The notes below the pieces were generated by a model. It worked only from the letters and a program-made list of their open reading frames with translations. It was not told the origin of the DNA and ran no database searches. A stretch of DNA of 64,000 bases from the IMG/VR virus record IMGVR_UViG_2713897221_000004, positions 1-64,000 of that record; one strand, written 5' to 3'. The position numbers and the translations under genes are program-made. Source of the stretch: a virus (Duplodnaviria; Caudoviricetes). Below are positions 1 through 9,500 of this stretch, piece by piece (position 1 is the stretch's first letter; each line of letters starts with the position of its first letter).

Positions 1-150
1 TCACCATTGGCCCGAGAAGATGCAGGTCAGTGCTTCGATACCGCTGAACTTCCACAGCGAGTCGTTACAGTCTCTGGCGAATGCATGGGCGTTCGAGGCG
101 GTGAGGGCCAGGACCACGGCGGAGGCGTAGACGATTTTCTTGAATGACAT
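1..150 (-). CDS. Small secreted peptide (49 aa, host side)
   Basis: Hand-translated MSFKKIVYASAVVLALTASNAHA-FARDCNDSLWKFSGIEALTCIFSGQW*. Has an AAGGAG RBS and a Sec-like signal ending in AHA. Not in the ORF track. Confidence 0.6.
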   Translation of the reverse strand: MSFKKIVYASAVVLALTASNAHAFARDCNDSLWKFSGIEALTCIFSGQW

Positions 151-343
151 GGTGAATCTCCTTTTTCGTATCGGCACTTTCTTGTAAGAGCCACCCCGAC
201 GAGGATGGTCGTGCGCACTATAAGCCTGGCCTCGGTAGCAGACGATTAGGGCTGGTGTGCTAATGGCGAATACGCATCACCCAAGGCCGCGGGCGAGTTG
301 CACAGGGCTTACACCCCCCTCTGCGAATGAACGCCAAGCCAGA

Positions 344-580
344 TCAGAAGTTGCAGTTGTATTGATACTCGAAGGGGAAGAACACCGTATCGACCACCAG
401 GGAAAACGGCGCGTCGATCAGTAAAAAGGGAATCAGCTTTCCATGGGAGGTGCCTATCAACCACCAGTCCAGGCGCACGCCCTTGTAGGGGCAAGGGTGG
501 TCGTAGTCCATGCGCATCGCCACCGCGGCGCAGCCGCTCAAGCAACTGATCAGCAGTAACAGAATCACTTTCCGAAACAC
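344..580 (-). CDS. YceK/YidQ-like lipoprotein (host side)
   Basis: Lipobox LSGC plus Y-x-G-V-R-x-D and D-x-P-F-S-x-V-x-D-T motifs. Confidence 0.75.
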   Translation of the reverse strand: MFRKVILLLLISCLSGCAAVAMRMDYDHPCPYKGVRLDWWLIGTSHGKLIPFLLIDAPFSLVVDTVFFPFEYQYNCNF

Positions 581-778
581 GTAATGTCCTTATTACATCC
601 ATCTGCGGAGCGACGTAGACGTCTCTGCAATACGCCCGTCACCACTTGCCCAGTGGTGATGAAAGAGAAATACCTCCGCCAGCAGAAAGACGAGAAAGCC
701 TCTCCAACCGCGTAAATCGCAGAGCGGATTTGAATGTGCAGACCGGAAACGAACAAGGGTTTGCATCAGCTTTCGCCA

Positions 779-855
779 GCAAACCCTTGAAATAGATGGT
801 GCCCGAAGCCGGAATCGAACCGGCACGCCCTTACGAGCGGGGGATTTTAAGTCCC
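779..855. repeat. Left att site (duplicated 3' part of tRNA-Leu plus flank)
   Basis: Identical to 61623-61699 (GCAAACCCTTG...TTAAGTCCC); identity ends at the anticodon stem. Confidence 0.95.
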
Positions 856-896
856 TTGGCGACAGCATGTAAATCAACAACTTAGATTAATTTTCG

Positions 897-966
897 TGCC
901 GCAATTGAAGAAAAATAGGCGCATTGGAAGCCAATAGAATCAAGGCGTCTATTATTTTTGCGGCAA
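897..966. promoter_or_regulatory. Putative integrase arm-type sites (TTGCGGCAA)
   Basis: TGCCGCAAT at 897-905 and TTGCGGCAA at 958-966. The same motif occurs at 61561-61570 and 61580-61589 inside the other prophage end. Confidence 0.6.
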
Positions 967-1013
967 GAAAATCACCCTCCTCCGGCGTCCTGCCGACCGA
1001 ACACAATCCCCCC

Positions 1014-1310
1014 CTACTCTGGCCTGCAGTACCACGACTGCGCATACAGGCGCCCGTCTACCTCTTCGATACCGCTAAGCGTGAAAGCGTTGGTTGCCAT
1101 CCCGGACAGAAACGCGTCAATCAAAGGCGGAAGCAGCTCAGGGTCGAGCGGCATCACCGGTCGGATCCTGGCTATGTTGCTGTCACGGTTCATGATCTTG
1201 CACATCTCGTGGCGGATATTTACGTCGCCACGGATCGGTCTATCCCTGCCTATCTCCTCCCAGGATCTCGCTATCCCTCGATCTCTCATCGGGACAATCT
1301 TGAAGTACAT
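1014..1310 (-). CDS. Hypothetical protein, probably LexA-regulated
   Basis: ORF MYFKIVPMRDRG... with an SOS box just upstream. Confidence 0.6.
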   Translation of the reverse strand: MYFKIVPMRDRGIARSWEEIGRDRPIRGDVNIRHEMCKIMNRDSNIARIRPVMPLDPELLPPLIDAFLSGMATNAFTLSGIEEVDGRLYAQSWYCRPE

Positions 1311-1324
1311 CGCAGGCCTCAATA

Positions 1325-1340
1325 CTGTATAAAAACACAG
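1325..1340. promoter_or_regulatory. LexA (SOS) box
   Basis: CTGTATAAAAACACAG matches CTGT-N8-ACAG and lies between divergent genes. Confidence 0.75.
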
Positions 1341-1439
1341 CATATTACCCGCGGTGCCAAGACCATCAATCGGGCGCTGACGAATGGCCCGCCCGTTGGT
1401 CTACGTTGAAAGAAGTGGACCATCACTTCGGAGGCGAGC

Positions 1440-2147
1440 ATGTGCGGGCGTATCGCGCAGTACCACGGCATCCACGACTTTGTCGCGGTGCTCAGCATGC
1501 CCGGGGCCCTGGTCAACACCGTCGGCGATCAGCCGCTGGGGCGGTACAACGTACCGCCGACAACCCAGGTCGCCCTGCTCCACATGGAAAACGGCGCGCT
1601 GCATGCTGACCAGCTCAGATGGTCTTGGAAACCGCACTGGGCAACCAATCGAGCCGAACCCAACGCCCGCTCCGAAAAGATCGCGCACAACCCCTATTAC
1701 CGGGCTGCCTGGCCAAATAGAGCGATCACGCCGATAGACGGATGGTTTGAATGGCTGGCAGATGAAGGCGGAAAACAGCCCTACTACATCCGGCGACGTG
1801 ATGGCTTGCCCAGCCTGTGCGCGTCGATTGGCCATTGGCCGCATGCTGATGAGCCACCTCGGGAGCACGACGGCTTCGTGATCATCACAGCGGACTCCGC
1901 CGGCGGCATGGTCGATATTCACGATCGGCGGCCAGTAGTCCTGGCGCCTGAGCTGGCCCGGGAATGGCTTGACACGGCGACACCCAAGGAGCGGGCCGAG
2001 CTGATGCTGATGCACCAGGGCGAACCGTCCGAAGCGTTCGAGTGGTTCAAGGTCGACCGCGCCGCGGGCAACACAAAGAACCAGGGAGCGCACTTGATCG
2101 ACCCTGTCGGCGAGATTCACGGCGGCGCGTTCGTGAATAACGGCTGA
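1440..2147 (+). CDS. SOS response-associated peptidase (SRAP/YedK, abasic-site protein)
   Basis: N-terminal MCGR (Cys2), NARSE, GWFEW and IHDRRPV motifs. Confidence 0.93.
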   Translation: MCGRIAQYHGIHDFVAVLSMPGALVNTVGDQPLGRYNVPPTTQVALLHMENGALHADQLRWSWKPHWATNRAEPNARSEKIAHNPYYRAAWPNRAITPIDGWFEWLADEGGKQPYYIRRRDGLPSLCASIGHWPHADEPPREHDGFVIITADSAGGMVDIHDRRPVVLAPELAREWLDTATPKERAELMLMHQGEPSEAFEWFKVDRAAGNTKNQGAHLIDPVGEIHGGAFVNNG

Positions 2148-2197
2148 TACTGCTGCAGTATTGGCTGACAGATAAACTCAACGGAATGAGGTGAAAA

Positions 2198-2437
2198 ATG
2201 GGACTTAACGATCACGGCAATGAAGAGCTGCGCCTCGCGTATGACGATCTCGTTGATGAAGGTCTGATTGACCCCGCATCAGATGAGGCGGGAGTGGCAA
2301 GACAGGTCATTGATCAGGGCTTTGACTCCATGTCACCAAGGCAAAAGCATATATATGAGTCTCGCTTTGAGCCTGTCTTGGTGCGTCGAGCAAAACAACT
2401 TGAGGTTCAGCGAATCATTGACTCAAACCCGGATTAA
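2198..2437 (+). CDS. Hypothetical protein (moron)
   Basis: 79-aa ORF with GAGG RBS. Confidence 0.65.
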   Translation: MGLNDHGNEELRLAYDDLVDEGLIDPASDEAGVARQVIDQGFDSMSPRQKHIYESRFEPVLVRRAKQLEVQRIIDSNPD

Positions 2438-2945
2438 TAGCCCGTACATACGCCTGGCACGCCCGCAAGGCGATCAATCCCTGGTCGCCGTCGTCGGTGA
2501 TGCCGACAATTCGTTGAGCATGCGCCGGGTCAAGTCGGGCTCGCGTGGCTCCATGAACCAGGCCGCCGGTGGCGGCGGTGGCAGGCACTGCGCAGCCTGC
2601 AGCACTGTCTTGGGTGTCGAGGAGGACTGACAGCCGCAGGTCAGCAGTAGCAAGGCGGTCACGCAGGCGGCTTTGATCACGTTGGGCATCGGTCAGGGCT
2701 CTGTGATGGGTTTGATCGCTGGCCTGAAGCTGCTGCTCCAGGGCGAGGCGTTTGTCTTGCTCAGCACGCTGCTGGGCAGCTGCCGCGCTACTGATAGCGG
2801 CCAGGTCATCCTGGTGAAGCTGCGTCTGCTCGGCCAGTTGCTTGCCATAGCGCCAGTCCTGCACCTTCCAGGCAGAGGCGCCGCCGGCGATCAACAGGCC
2901 GGCCAGCACCAGCCAGCCGACAAGCTTCTGTACCGGCGTCATCAC
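2415..2945 (-). CDS. Rz-like inner-membrane spanin
   Basis: N-terminal TM helix, coiled coil and ITDDGDQGLIALRACQAY end; lies downstream of the endolysin. Confidence 0.88.
   Translation of the reverse strand: MMTPVQKLVGWLVLAGLLIAGGASAWKVQDWRYGKQLAEQTQLHQDDLAAISSAAAAQQRAEQDKRLALEQQLQASDQTHHRALTDAQRDQSRLRDRLATADLRLSVLLDTQDSAAGCAVPATAATGGLVHGATRARLDPAHAQRIVGITDDGDQGLIALRACQAYVRAINPGLSQ
2474..2689 (-). CDS. Rz1-like outer-membrane lipoprotein spanin (embedded in Rz)
   Basis: Lipobox-like LTCGC, proline-rich, fully nested in Rz in another frame. Confidence 0.8.
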   Translation of the reverse strand: MPNVIKAACVTALLLLTCGCQSSSTPKTVLQAAQCLPPPPPAAWFMEPREPDLTRRMLNELSASPTTATRD

Positions 2946-3367
2946 GGCACGTCCTTGAAGAAGACGTGTTGCCCGATGCGTACCGTCTGCTTGGCCTTCG
3001 CCGCCCAGGCCGGGGCCTTGGCCATGTTGGTCGCGTAGTAGTGCGTGGCGCCGCCGGTTGGATCAGGCACTACACCGGCGATCACCTGATCAGCCGCACG
3101 CAGCGCCTGGACGAACTGCCCGGCCGGGATCGGCTTGGCGCCGCTGAGGAACGGAAAGTTCGGGTCGTTCTTGTTCCAGCAGCTGAACTGGTACGGCGCC
3201 TGGCACACGCCGGCATAGCCCTCGCCCCACCAGGACTTGGTCCGACCATCGTTGACGCGGTTGCGGATCGTCCAGGCCACGGCGATCTGGCCGGCCAAAC
3301 CCTCGCCGCGGGCCTCTCCGTACAATGTCCGCGCCAAAATATCGCGGTCTCTCTCGGTCGCGTTCAT
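2942..3367 (-). CDS. Endolysin, SleB-like cell wall hydrolase
   Basis: LARTLYGEARGE, YQFSCWN, GATHYY and IGQHVFF motifs. Start taken at MNATERD. Confidence 0.9.
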   Translation of the reverse strand: MNATERDRDILARTLYGEARGEGLAGQIAVAWTIRNRVNDGRTKSWWGEGYAGVCQAPYQFSCWNKNDPNFPFLSGAKPIPAGQFVQALRAADQVIAGVVPDPTGGATHYYATNMAKAPAWAAKAKQTVRIGQHVFFKDVP

Positions 3368-3912
3368 CAGATATGACTCCAAGACTTTCGGTTGACGATT
3401 TTGGAAATGGTTTGGAAGGCGACACCGAACTCGCGACCGATAGCGGTCAAGCTTGCACCTGCCGTCCGGCGCGCCCTGATCCTCAGGACCAAGTCGTCGT
3501 TGAGCTTTGCGCCACCATTCTTTTCGCCCGCCGGAACTGTGCCGTGACCGATCTTGTCGCTCTCGTTTTCGGCGCGGGTCTTCCAGGACAAATTCGAATA
3601 GTGCGTGTTTCCGGGATCGCCATCGCCATGGGCGACTTCGTTTCGATCGCCTGACGGCGGACCGAGGAATGCCATGGCAACCAGTCGGTGCGCTTCGAAG
3701 GTTTGGTGTTTGCAATTGATCGTGAGCTTGAATCGCGGATATCCGGCGTGATGCCAGCAGAAAGAAAGCATCTTTCCGGGAAAGGTTCGGCGGCCCGGTG
3801 TTCGGCGCCGCACATGGCCGTACTCGCTTACCTCGTAATCATCCGACGCATGGCATAGGCGCCACTCTATGACGTCCAGGCTCACCCCGGCGGGTATCGG
3901 GATCTCTCTCAT
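3367..3912 (-). CDS. Free-standing NUMOD4-HNH homing endonuclease
   Basis: YEVSEYGHVR, HRLVAMAF, H-G-D-G-D-P-G-N...NL and a C-terminal HTH. Confidence 0.88.
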   Translation of the reverse strand: MREIPIPAGVSLDVIEWRLCHASDDYEVSEYGHVRRRTPGRRTFPGKMLSFCWHHAGYPRFKLTINCKHQTFEAHRLVAMAFLGPPSGDRNEVAHGDGDPGNTHYSNLSWKTRAENESDKIGHGTVPAGEKNGGAKLNDDLVLRIRARRTAGASLTAIGREFGVAFQTISKIVNRKSWSHI

Positions 3913-3968
3913 ACCGGCCCCCACAGCGTGTGCGCGAGGATGTCGCGATCTTTCTCTGTTGCAGTCAT
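3909..3968 (-). pseudogene. Truncated duplicate of the endolysin N-terminus (19-aa mini-ORF)
   Basis: MTATEKDRDILAHTLWGPV* versus endolysin MNATERDRDILARTLYG. Has its own GGAG RBS and its stop overlaps the HNH start. Confidence 0.8.
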
Positions 3969-4028
3969 CACTTTTCTCCAGGCGAAAAAAAGCCCGCTCG
4001 GGGCGGGCGCTTTGCATTCGGTATTGCG

Positions 4029-4736
4029 CTACTCGGCTTCGGCGGCCAGCATTGGCGCGGCTGCAATCTCCGGGATTGGCGGTTCCGCTGGCCAGGCCGG
4101 CGCCGCCGGCCATGTCGTCTGCGCAGTGACCTTGCCCAGGGCGAACTTGTAGGCCTTCCAGGTTTTCAGGTTCACGATCAAGGCGGCTTGTTCGGCCTCA
4201 TCGTCGGGCGTGGCTTCGCCGGCTTCGATGCCGTAGCCCAGGGTTTCGATCCGATCGGTGATGCGGTCGATCTGCGCCGCGGCCGTGGCGTTTCTGGCAG
4301 CCAGCTGCGCCTTAGATTCAGCCAAACGCTCCGCCAGGGCCTCCGCTGCCTTCATTTCTGCGGTGATCAGCTGGGACCAGTCGATCTGCCCAACTGATGG
4401 TGTCGACGTGTCATCTACAACCACGGGCTCGCCACCTGGCAGCGGCTCAGGGAATGCAACCTTCCCGTCCGGCACCGCGATCAGGTCGCGCGGAAACATC
4501 TGCTCCTGGCTGAAGTTCGCAGGGAACGGGAAACGCAACGTGACCACCAGCTCGCCGTCGATCATCTCGACCGGCCCAGGCTTGAACCACATGGATTCAA
4601 CGGCTTCGCCGGGCAGCGTGTCGCCTGGCTTCATCCTCGAGAAATCGAACAGAACACCGTTGATCGTCAGCGTGTTGCCATCCTTCACCACGTTGTACGG
4701 CTCATCGCCGCGCTGTGGACAGAGTTTGATAATCAT
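4029..4736 (-). CDS. Tail fibre assembly/chaperone-like protein
   Basis: Starts MIIKLCPQRGD and has a W-P-x-x-P-x-W-P C-terminal region; follows the tail fibre gene. Confidence 0.7.
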   Translation of the reverse strand: MIIKLCPQRGDEPYNVVKDGNTLTINGVLFDFSRMKPGDTLPGEAVESMWFKPGPVEMIDGELVVTLRFPFPANFSQEQMFPRDLIAVPDGKVAFPEPLPGGEPVVVDDTSTPSVGQIDWSQLITAEMKAAEALAERLAESKAQLAARNATAAAQIDRITDRIETLGYGIEAGEATPDDEAEQAALIVNLKTWKAYKFALGKVTAQTTWPAAPAWPAEPPIPEIAAAPMLAAEAE

Positions 4737-5494
4737 CAGAACCACCTCCCAACGGCAAAAAGAGTCGCAAGCTTTGCGCCAGCAGCAAGCGGGGTTGCCG
4801 ATGCAAACCTCACGACCTCCCCCGCAGTGGTCCCGCTTACGCTCGAGCCGAAAAGGAACGTGTCGTCGCGAGCAGTGATGAGCACATTCGGCCGGGCGAT
4901 GAAGGGAGCCTGGAAACTCCAGGTAATCCATCCAGACACATACACACCCATCTGCGGGGCATCGATCGCGGTGTAGTAGTTCATGGTGATCCAGCAATGC
5001 TGGGTCCCATCTGCCCAGCGCGTATACCGACCGTTCACCCCATTCCCCGACTCGATGATCGCGCCGGTAGGAACCCCGCCGCTTTGGGAGACAGGGCCAA
5101 CAATGGCGGCAGCGGCCAGCTTTGTCGCGGTGCCGGTGGTATTGCCGGTACCCCCCTTGGCCAGGGGCAAAATATCGTAGTTGCCGGTCGTGCCCAGCGC
5201 AGCCATTTTCGCGCCATAGGTGTTCACCCAGTCGCGCACCTGGTCGGCCAGGCCTTTCTGGTAACCCTGTACCGGCATGATTGCGTAGGAGGCGCCGGAA
5301 GCCGTGACACCCTGGTAAGCCGGGGTGATCGAGATCACCGTATCGCTTGCGACGTTGGCCAGTTCGTACTGGCGGCCATCAGGGCCGATGAACGCATCCC
5401 CCACCCGGGTATTTGCAGCAAAACCAGTTCCGGTTCCGGTAACCGTCGTTGAGCCGTTCGTGACGGCCACGGTCCCCGCTCGAAGCCAAGCCAT
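4736..5494 (-). CDS. Tail fibre protein
   Basis: MAWLRAGTVAVTNGS start, KGGTG, NGRYTRWADGTQHCW and AVGRWF end. Confidence 0.85.
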   Translation of the reverse strand: MAWLRAGTVAVTNGSTTVTGTGTGFAANTRVGDAFIGPDGRQYELANVASDTVISITPAYQGVTASGASYAIMPVQGYQKGLADQVRDWVNTYGAKMAALGTTGNYDILPLAKGGTGNTTGTATKLAAAAIVGPVSQSGGVPTGAIIESGNGVNGRYTRWADGTQHCWITMNYYTAIDAPQMGVYVSGWITWSFQAPFIARPNVLITARDDTFLFGSSVSGTTAGEVVRFASATPLAAGAKLATLFAVGRWF

Positions 5495-5555
5495 GGGTTT
5501 ATCCTTTCGTTGGGCAAAAAAACCGGCTCATGGCCGGCTGGTTATCGGGTTGTTC

Positions 5556-6236
5556 TCAGTTGTTCATCTTGGCGAAGACCGCCGGGAGGAAGAAGGCGAT
5601 CGGGTTCGCCGAGGAAATCGTGATCGCATACAGCGTGTTGTTCGGGAAGTCCCACCAGCAGTAGAGGTTCCGAGGAATGCCACTACCCGAAGTCATGTTC
5701 ATACCGAAGTTGTTCAGCAGCAGGAACTCGTTCTGTGGGAAGTTGAACGGCACGGTGTAGTAGATCCGTGTCAGGCCCTGCGGGTCCTTGTCGTCCTTGA
5801 CGTAGCTCCAGTTCTGGAAGGCGCGAGTGAAGGTCGCCGCGGAGGTGCCCGAGTCGAACAGCAACTTCCCGGCACCATCCCATAGGCGAGCCCCGTACTG
5901 CGCCACAGGCTGCGCCGCGAAGGCCGCAACGAAGTAGCGCCCGTTCGGCTGCGCGGTGTCCGCGCTGTAGGCCCGGACATAAAAGCCGGTCCAGTTCCCC
6001 GCAGATCCCGTCAGGCGCATCCGGCAGAGGCCAGCAACGCCATTCACCGTGTCAGGCCTGATGAACACCAGCGGCGGCTCCTGGGACGTAACAGGCCTGA
6101 CAAAGGTTGTAGTTGAGCCAAGCCCGCCCTCCTCCGTCGGCGCATAGCGTCCCGTGGAGATCACCATCAACCGGGCGAACTCCGAGTCGAGCGTCACCAC
6201 GTCGCCGTTGTTCGTGAACTGCATTCCATAGCTCAT
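5556..6236 (-). CDS. Tail-associated protein
   Basis: MSYG...LFDSG pattern; position downstream of gpJ. Confidence 0.7.
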   Translation of the reverse strand: MSYGMQFTNNGDVVTLDSEFARLMVISTGRYAPTEEGGLGSTTTFVRPVTSQEPPLVFIRPDTVNGVAGLCRMRLTGSAGNWTGFYVRAYSADTAQPNGRYFVAAFAAQPVAQYGARLWDGAGKLLFDSGTSAATFTRAFQNWSYVKDDKDPQGLTRIYYTVPFNFPQNEFLLLNNFGMNMTSGSGIPRNLYCWWDFPNNTLYAITISSANPIAFFLPAVFAKMNN

Positions 6237-6559
6237 CAGCTCCACCTCATCACGATCAGGCGCATGGTTCCGGACGAGGTGGAACTGGCGGCAAAGGTTC
6301 GGGTGTGGTTGTAGACCCGCACCACCCCGTTCAGCACCTCGGTTTCAAACTGTAGGTTGCTGTCACCGTAGGTACCAATCGGAACCACGATGGCCGTGCC
6401 GTTGCTTGGGCCTACGCCAGGCACGGAAAAATCCTGACTGCTCTTGGGAGCCCCCACCGCGAAGGTGACCAGCGTCGACAGTGCCACACGAATGGTGAAG
6501 GAGTTCTCGTCGACCTGGAGCGCGCCATCGGCGCCCCAGATCCTGATTCCGTAGCTCAT
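6236..6559 (-). CDS. Tail-associated protein
   Basis: MSYGIRIWGADG start; overlaps the gpJ stop. Confidence 0.7.
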   Translation of the reverse strand: MSYGIRIWGADGALQVDENSFTIRVALSTLVTFAVGAPKSSQDFSVPGVGPSNGTAIVVPIGTYGDSNLQFETEVLNGVVRVYNHTRTFAASSTSSGTMRLIVMRWS

Positions 6560-9500
6560 GCGGCTAAGTTCCCCCACTGGTAGCGCTTCATACCGTTCTC
6601 ATCGAACACCTTGCCACCGTTGTTGTTGATGACCTGGCGCGCGCCAGCGCCCAGGGCGCTGTTGATCTCGAACGTCCCGTCAAACCACAGGCGCCACCCA
6701 GTGCTGCCGGCGACGTAGTTGTTCGACTGGATGTAGTTGCCGATCTTGGCGTTGGTGATCGTGCCGTCCTGAATGAACGCCGAGTTGATGAACGTCTGGC
6801 CGCCGGTGACCGCGAACGGCGACACCGGCGTGCCATTGGCCAGGTTCAGCAACATGAACGTGTCCGCACGCACAACGAACTGCGACGAAACCCCGGACGG
6901 GTCGACCTGCAGGCCCAGGCCAAACGAGGCTGCGTACTTCTGGCCGCCGGCGGTGGTCTCCATTTTCACCGACCAGATAGTGGACAGTTGGCCGTTGGTG
7001 TTCGCCAGGGCCGAAGAGGTCTCCTGAATTGCCGATGTGTTCTCACCCACAGTGGCTTGCAGTTGCGTGGTGCGGGTGGCCTCGGCCTCAATCTCCGATG
7101 CCCTGACCTTCTCTTCGGTGACGATCGCCGCGGTGTTGTTCCAGCCTTTCATAGCGTCGGCCAAAGCGCCGGCGCCGTCATCCTCCCGCCAGGACGCGCG
7201 GAGCGTGTTGGTGGAGTTCGCCTGCGCCGTTACCACCCCGTCCAGCTCGGTGATATCGGCGGTGTTGGTCGCCACCTGCTGCGCCAGGCCGTTGGCCGTC
7301 TCGATCGATTGCCCCACATCAAGCCAGTAGGTCGGGTTCGGCGGTGGCGTGTTGAGCGGCACCGCCTGCAGGGCCTGATACAGCCGCTGCCCCTGCTGGA
7401 CGATATCGTCCTTGATATACGTCTTCTCGGCGTCGTACAGCAGGATGTTGTCCAGCGCGTCGATCTGGTCCTGCAGGCCGTCGATCTCCGATATCAGGTC
7501 CTGACCCAGCTCCGTGCGGCTGATTTTGCCCGCGAGCATGTCGAGGATCGGCCCGGCCTCCGAACTGGCCTGGCCCATTACCCCGTTCACGACCGGATAA
7601 AACGGCCCGACGTTGCCGGTCCGATCTACCAGACGCGCCCAGAAGAAGAAGGTTGCGCCTGCCAGCAAGCTCTGCATGCGGTAGTCGGCCTGCGGATACG
7701 CCAGGTCGGCTAGCTTCGTGGCGGTGCCTAGGTCGTTCGCCGGTCCATACCAGACCTCGGTCCGTTGGGTGTCCTCGGCGCCTGCCGGGAATCCCCACTT
7801 GATGCCGATCCCGAACAGTTCGCTGGTGGTAGTCAGGAACGATACCGACGGTGGCAGACCTTCCTTGCCGTTGAGCTGGGTCAGGTTGGACGCCTTCCAG
7901 ATCGACGAGATATCGAAGGCGCTAACCGCCCGCACCCGGGCCAGATAGGCGCCGGCGTAGATCCCGGTCACGTCCACACTGGTAGCGCCAGTGCGCTGCA
8001 CCTTGATCCAGTTCCCGTTGTCCTTGCGCCACTCCACGTCATAAGCCACAGCGCCGTTCACGGCTGGCCAGGAGATGTTCATGGTGCTGACGGCGATGCC
8101 CTGGTCTACCGCGTAGTTCGAGGTCAGGGTCACGCTCGCCGGAGGCGGTACGACAGTGATCGGGATCACGCTGATCGGCCGCTCCTCCAGACGGGCGCCG
8201 GTGTCGATGAAAGCAAACTTGCCGGGCTCGTACTGCAGCGCGCTGATCTCGAAATCGCCCTCGGTGGTGCGTTTGGTGCTCAGCACCCGGTAAAGCGGGA
8301 TCGCCAGGTCGTCGGCATCCAGAGCCCACTGCAACTGAGGCAAAGGCTGCTCGCTGTAGGCCGTGGTCACTGTGACGGCGCGCCCGGTGACGCTTTGCAC
8401 GGTCCGGCCTTCGGCGCGCCCGCCCGGTAGGTTGATGATCAGGCGATCGCCGGCCTTGGCCTGGGTGTCGCGGTCGAGCGTCACCACGCGGCCAGCAGAC
8501 GCCGAGATCCGGCCGCCAACGGCACGACCGGCCAGCAGCGAGTCAGCCACCGGGATGATGTGGCCAGGCAGTGGAATCACCCCTTCCATACCGGTCTTGA
8601 AGCTGATGGTGCGGTCCTGGTTGTTACTCAGGATCACCCACTTACCGCGGCGCTGTGCCTCCGAAGCACGGGTGCAGCCAATGGCCGTCAGTTCCGTGGG
8701 CTTGTCGCCGAAGCGGCGCTGCAACTCCAGGTCGGCAAACGGGATGACGTCGGTGTCGTAGTTGTTCGCCGGGTTGTCGTAGCTGACCAGGGCCCGGGTG
8801 TACCGGGTCTTGGCCGAGGCGCTGCCGTAGGAGAACTTCCCGTCGATGACGTTGGCCCGGGTGAAGACGTAGTCATAGTCTTGGGCACGCGGCATGTCGG
8901 CTTGCATCACCAACTGACCCTGAGCCCAATAGGTCATCCCACGGTAGATGCCGGCAATATCACGCAGCAGCGACCAGGCATCGGCCTTGCCCTGCAGGTT
9001 CATGTCGCAGAGAAAGCGCGGCTCCTGGCCACCGAGGCCGTTCGGCACGTTCTGGTCGCAGTATTGCGAGATCCGGTACAACTCCCACTTGTCGACCATC
9101 CAGGGCTTGATGCGCTTGCCCAGGCCGAAACGATCCTCGGCGCAAACCCCGTAGGTGATCCAGGCCGGGTTGTTGGTCCAGGCCTGCTTCATAGTGCCGT
9201 CCCAGGTCCCGGTGTAGGTGCGGGCCACTGGGTCGTAGTTGCTCGGCACCTGCCATTTACGCGCCTTGCACTTCACAGTGACGGCGGGAATGTTGGTGAA
9301 CTGCTCAGCGTCGAACTCGATGTACAACAGCGCGGTGTTCGGGTACCGCAACTTCGCGTCGATCACCTCTGTCAGGCCGGCGATCAGCATGGTGTCGGCG
9401 ACTTGGTTGTTGTTCTGGTTGGCCGTAAGCCTGCGCACACGTATCAGCCAGCCGCTGGTGGCAGGCGGCAGATCAACACGGCGCGACCGCTCATAGCGGG

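Noticed and set aside
797-855. Second tRNA-Leu gene
   Set aside because: Only the 3' part is present; the D arm and 5' acceptor strand are missing, so it is the att duplication.
3367-3968. Group I intron in the endolysin
   Set aside because: The downstream endolysin is complete with its own start, the upstream piece duplicates it rather than complementing it, and there is no room for an intron core.
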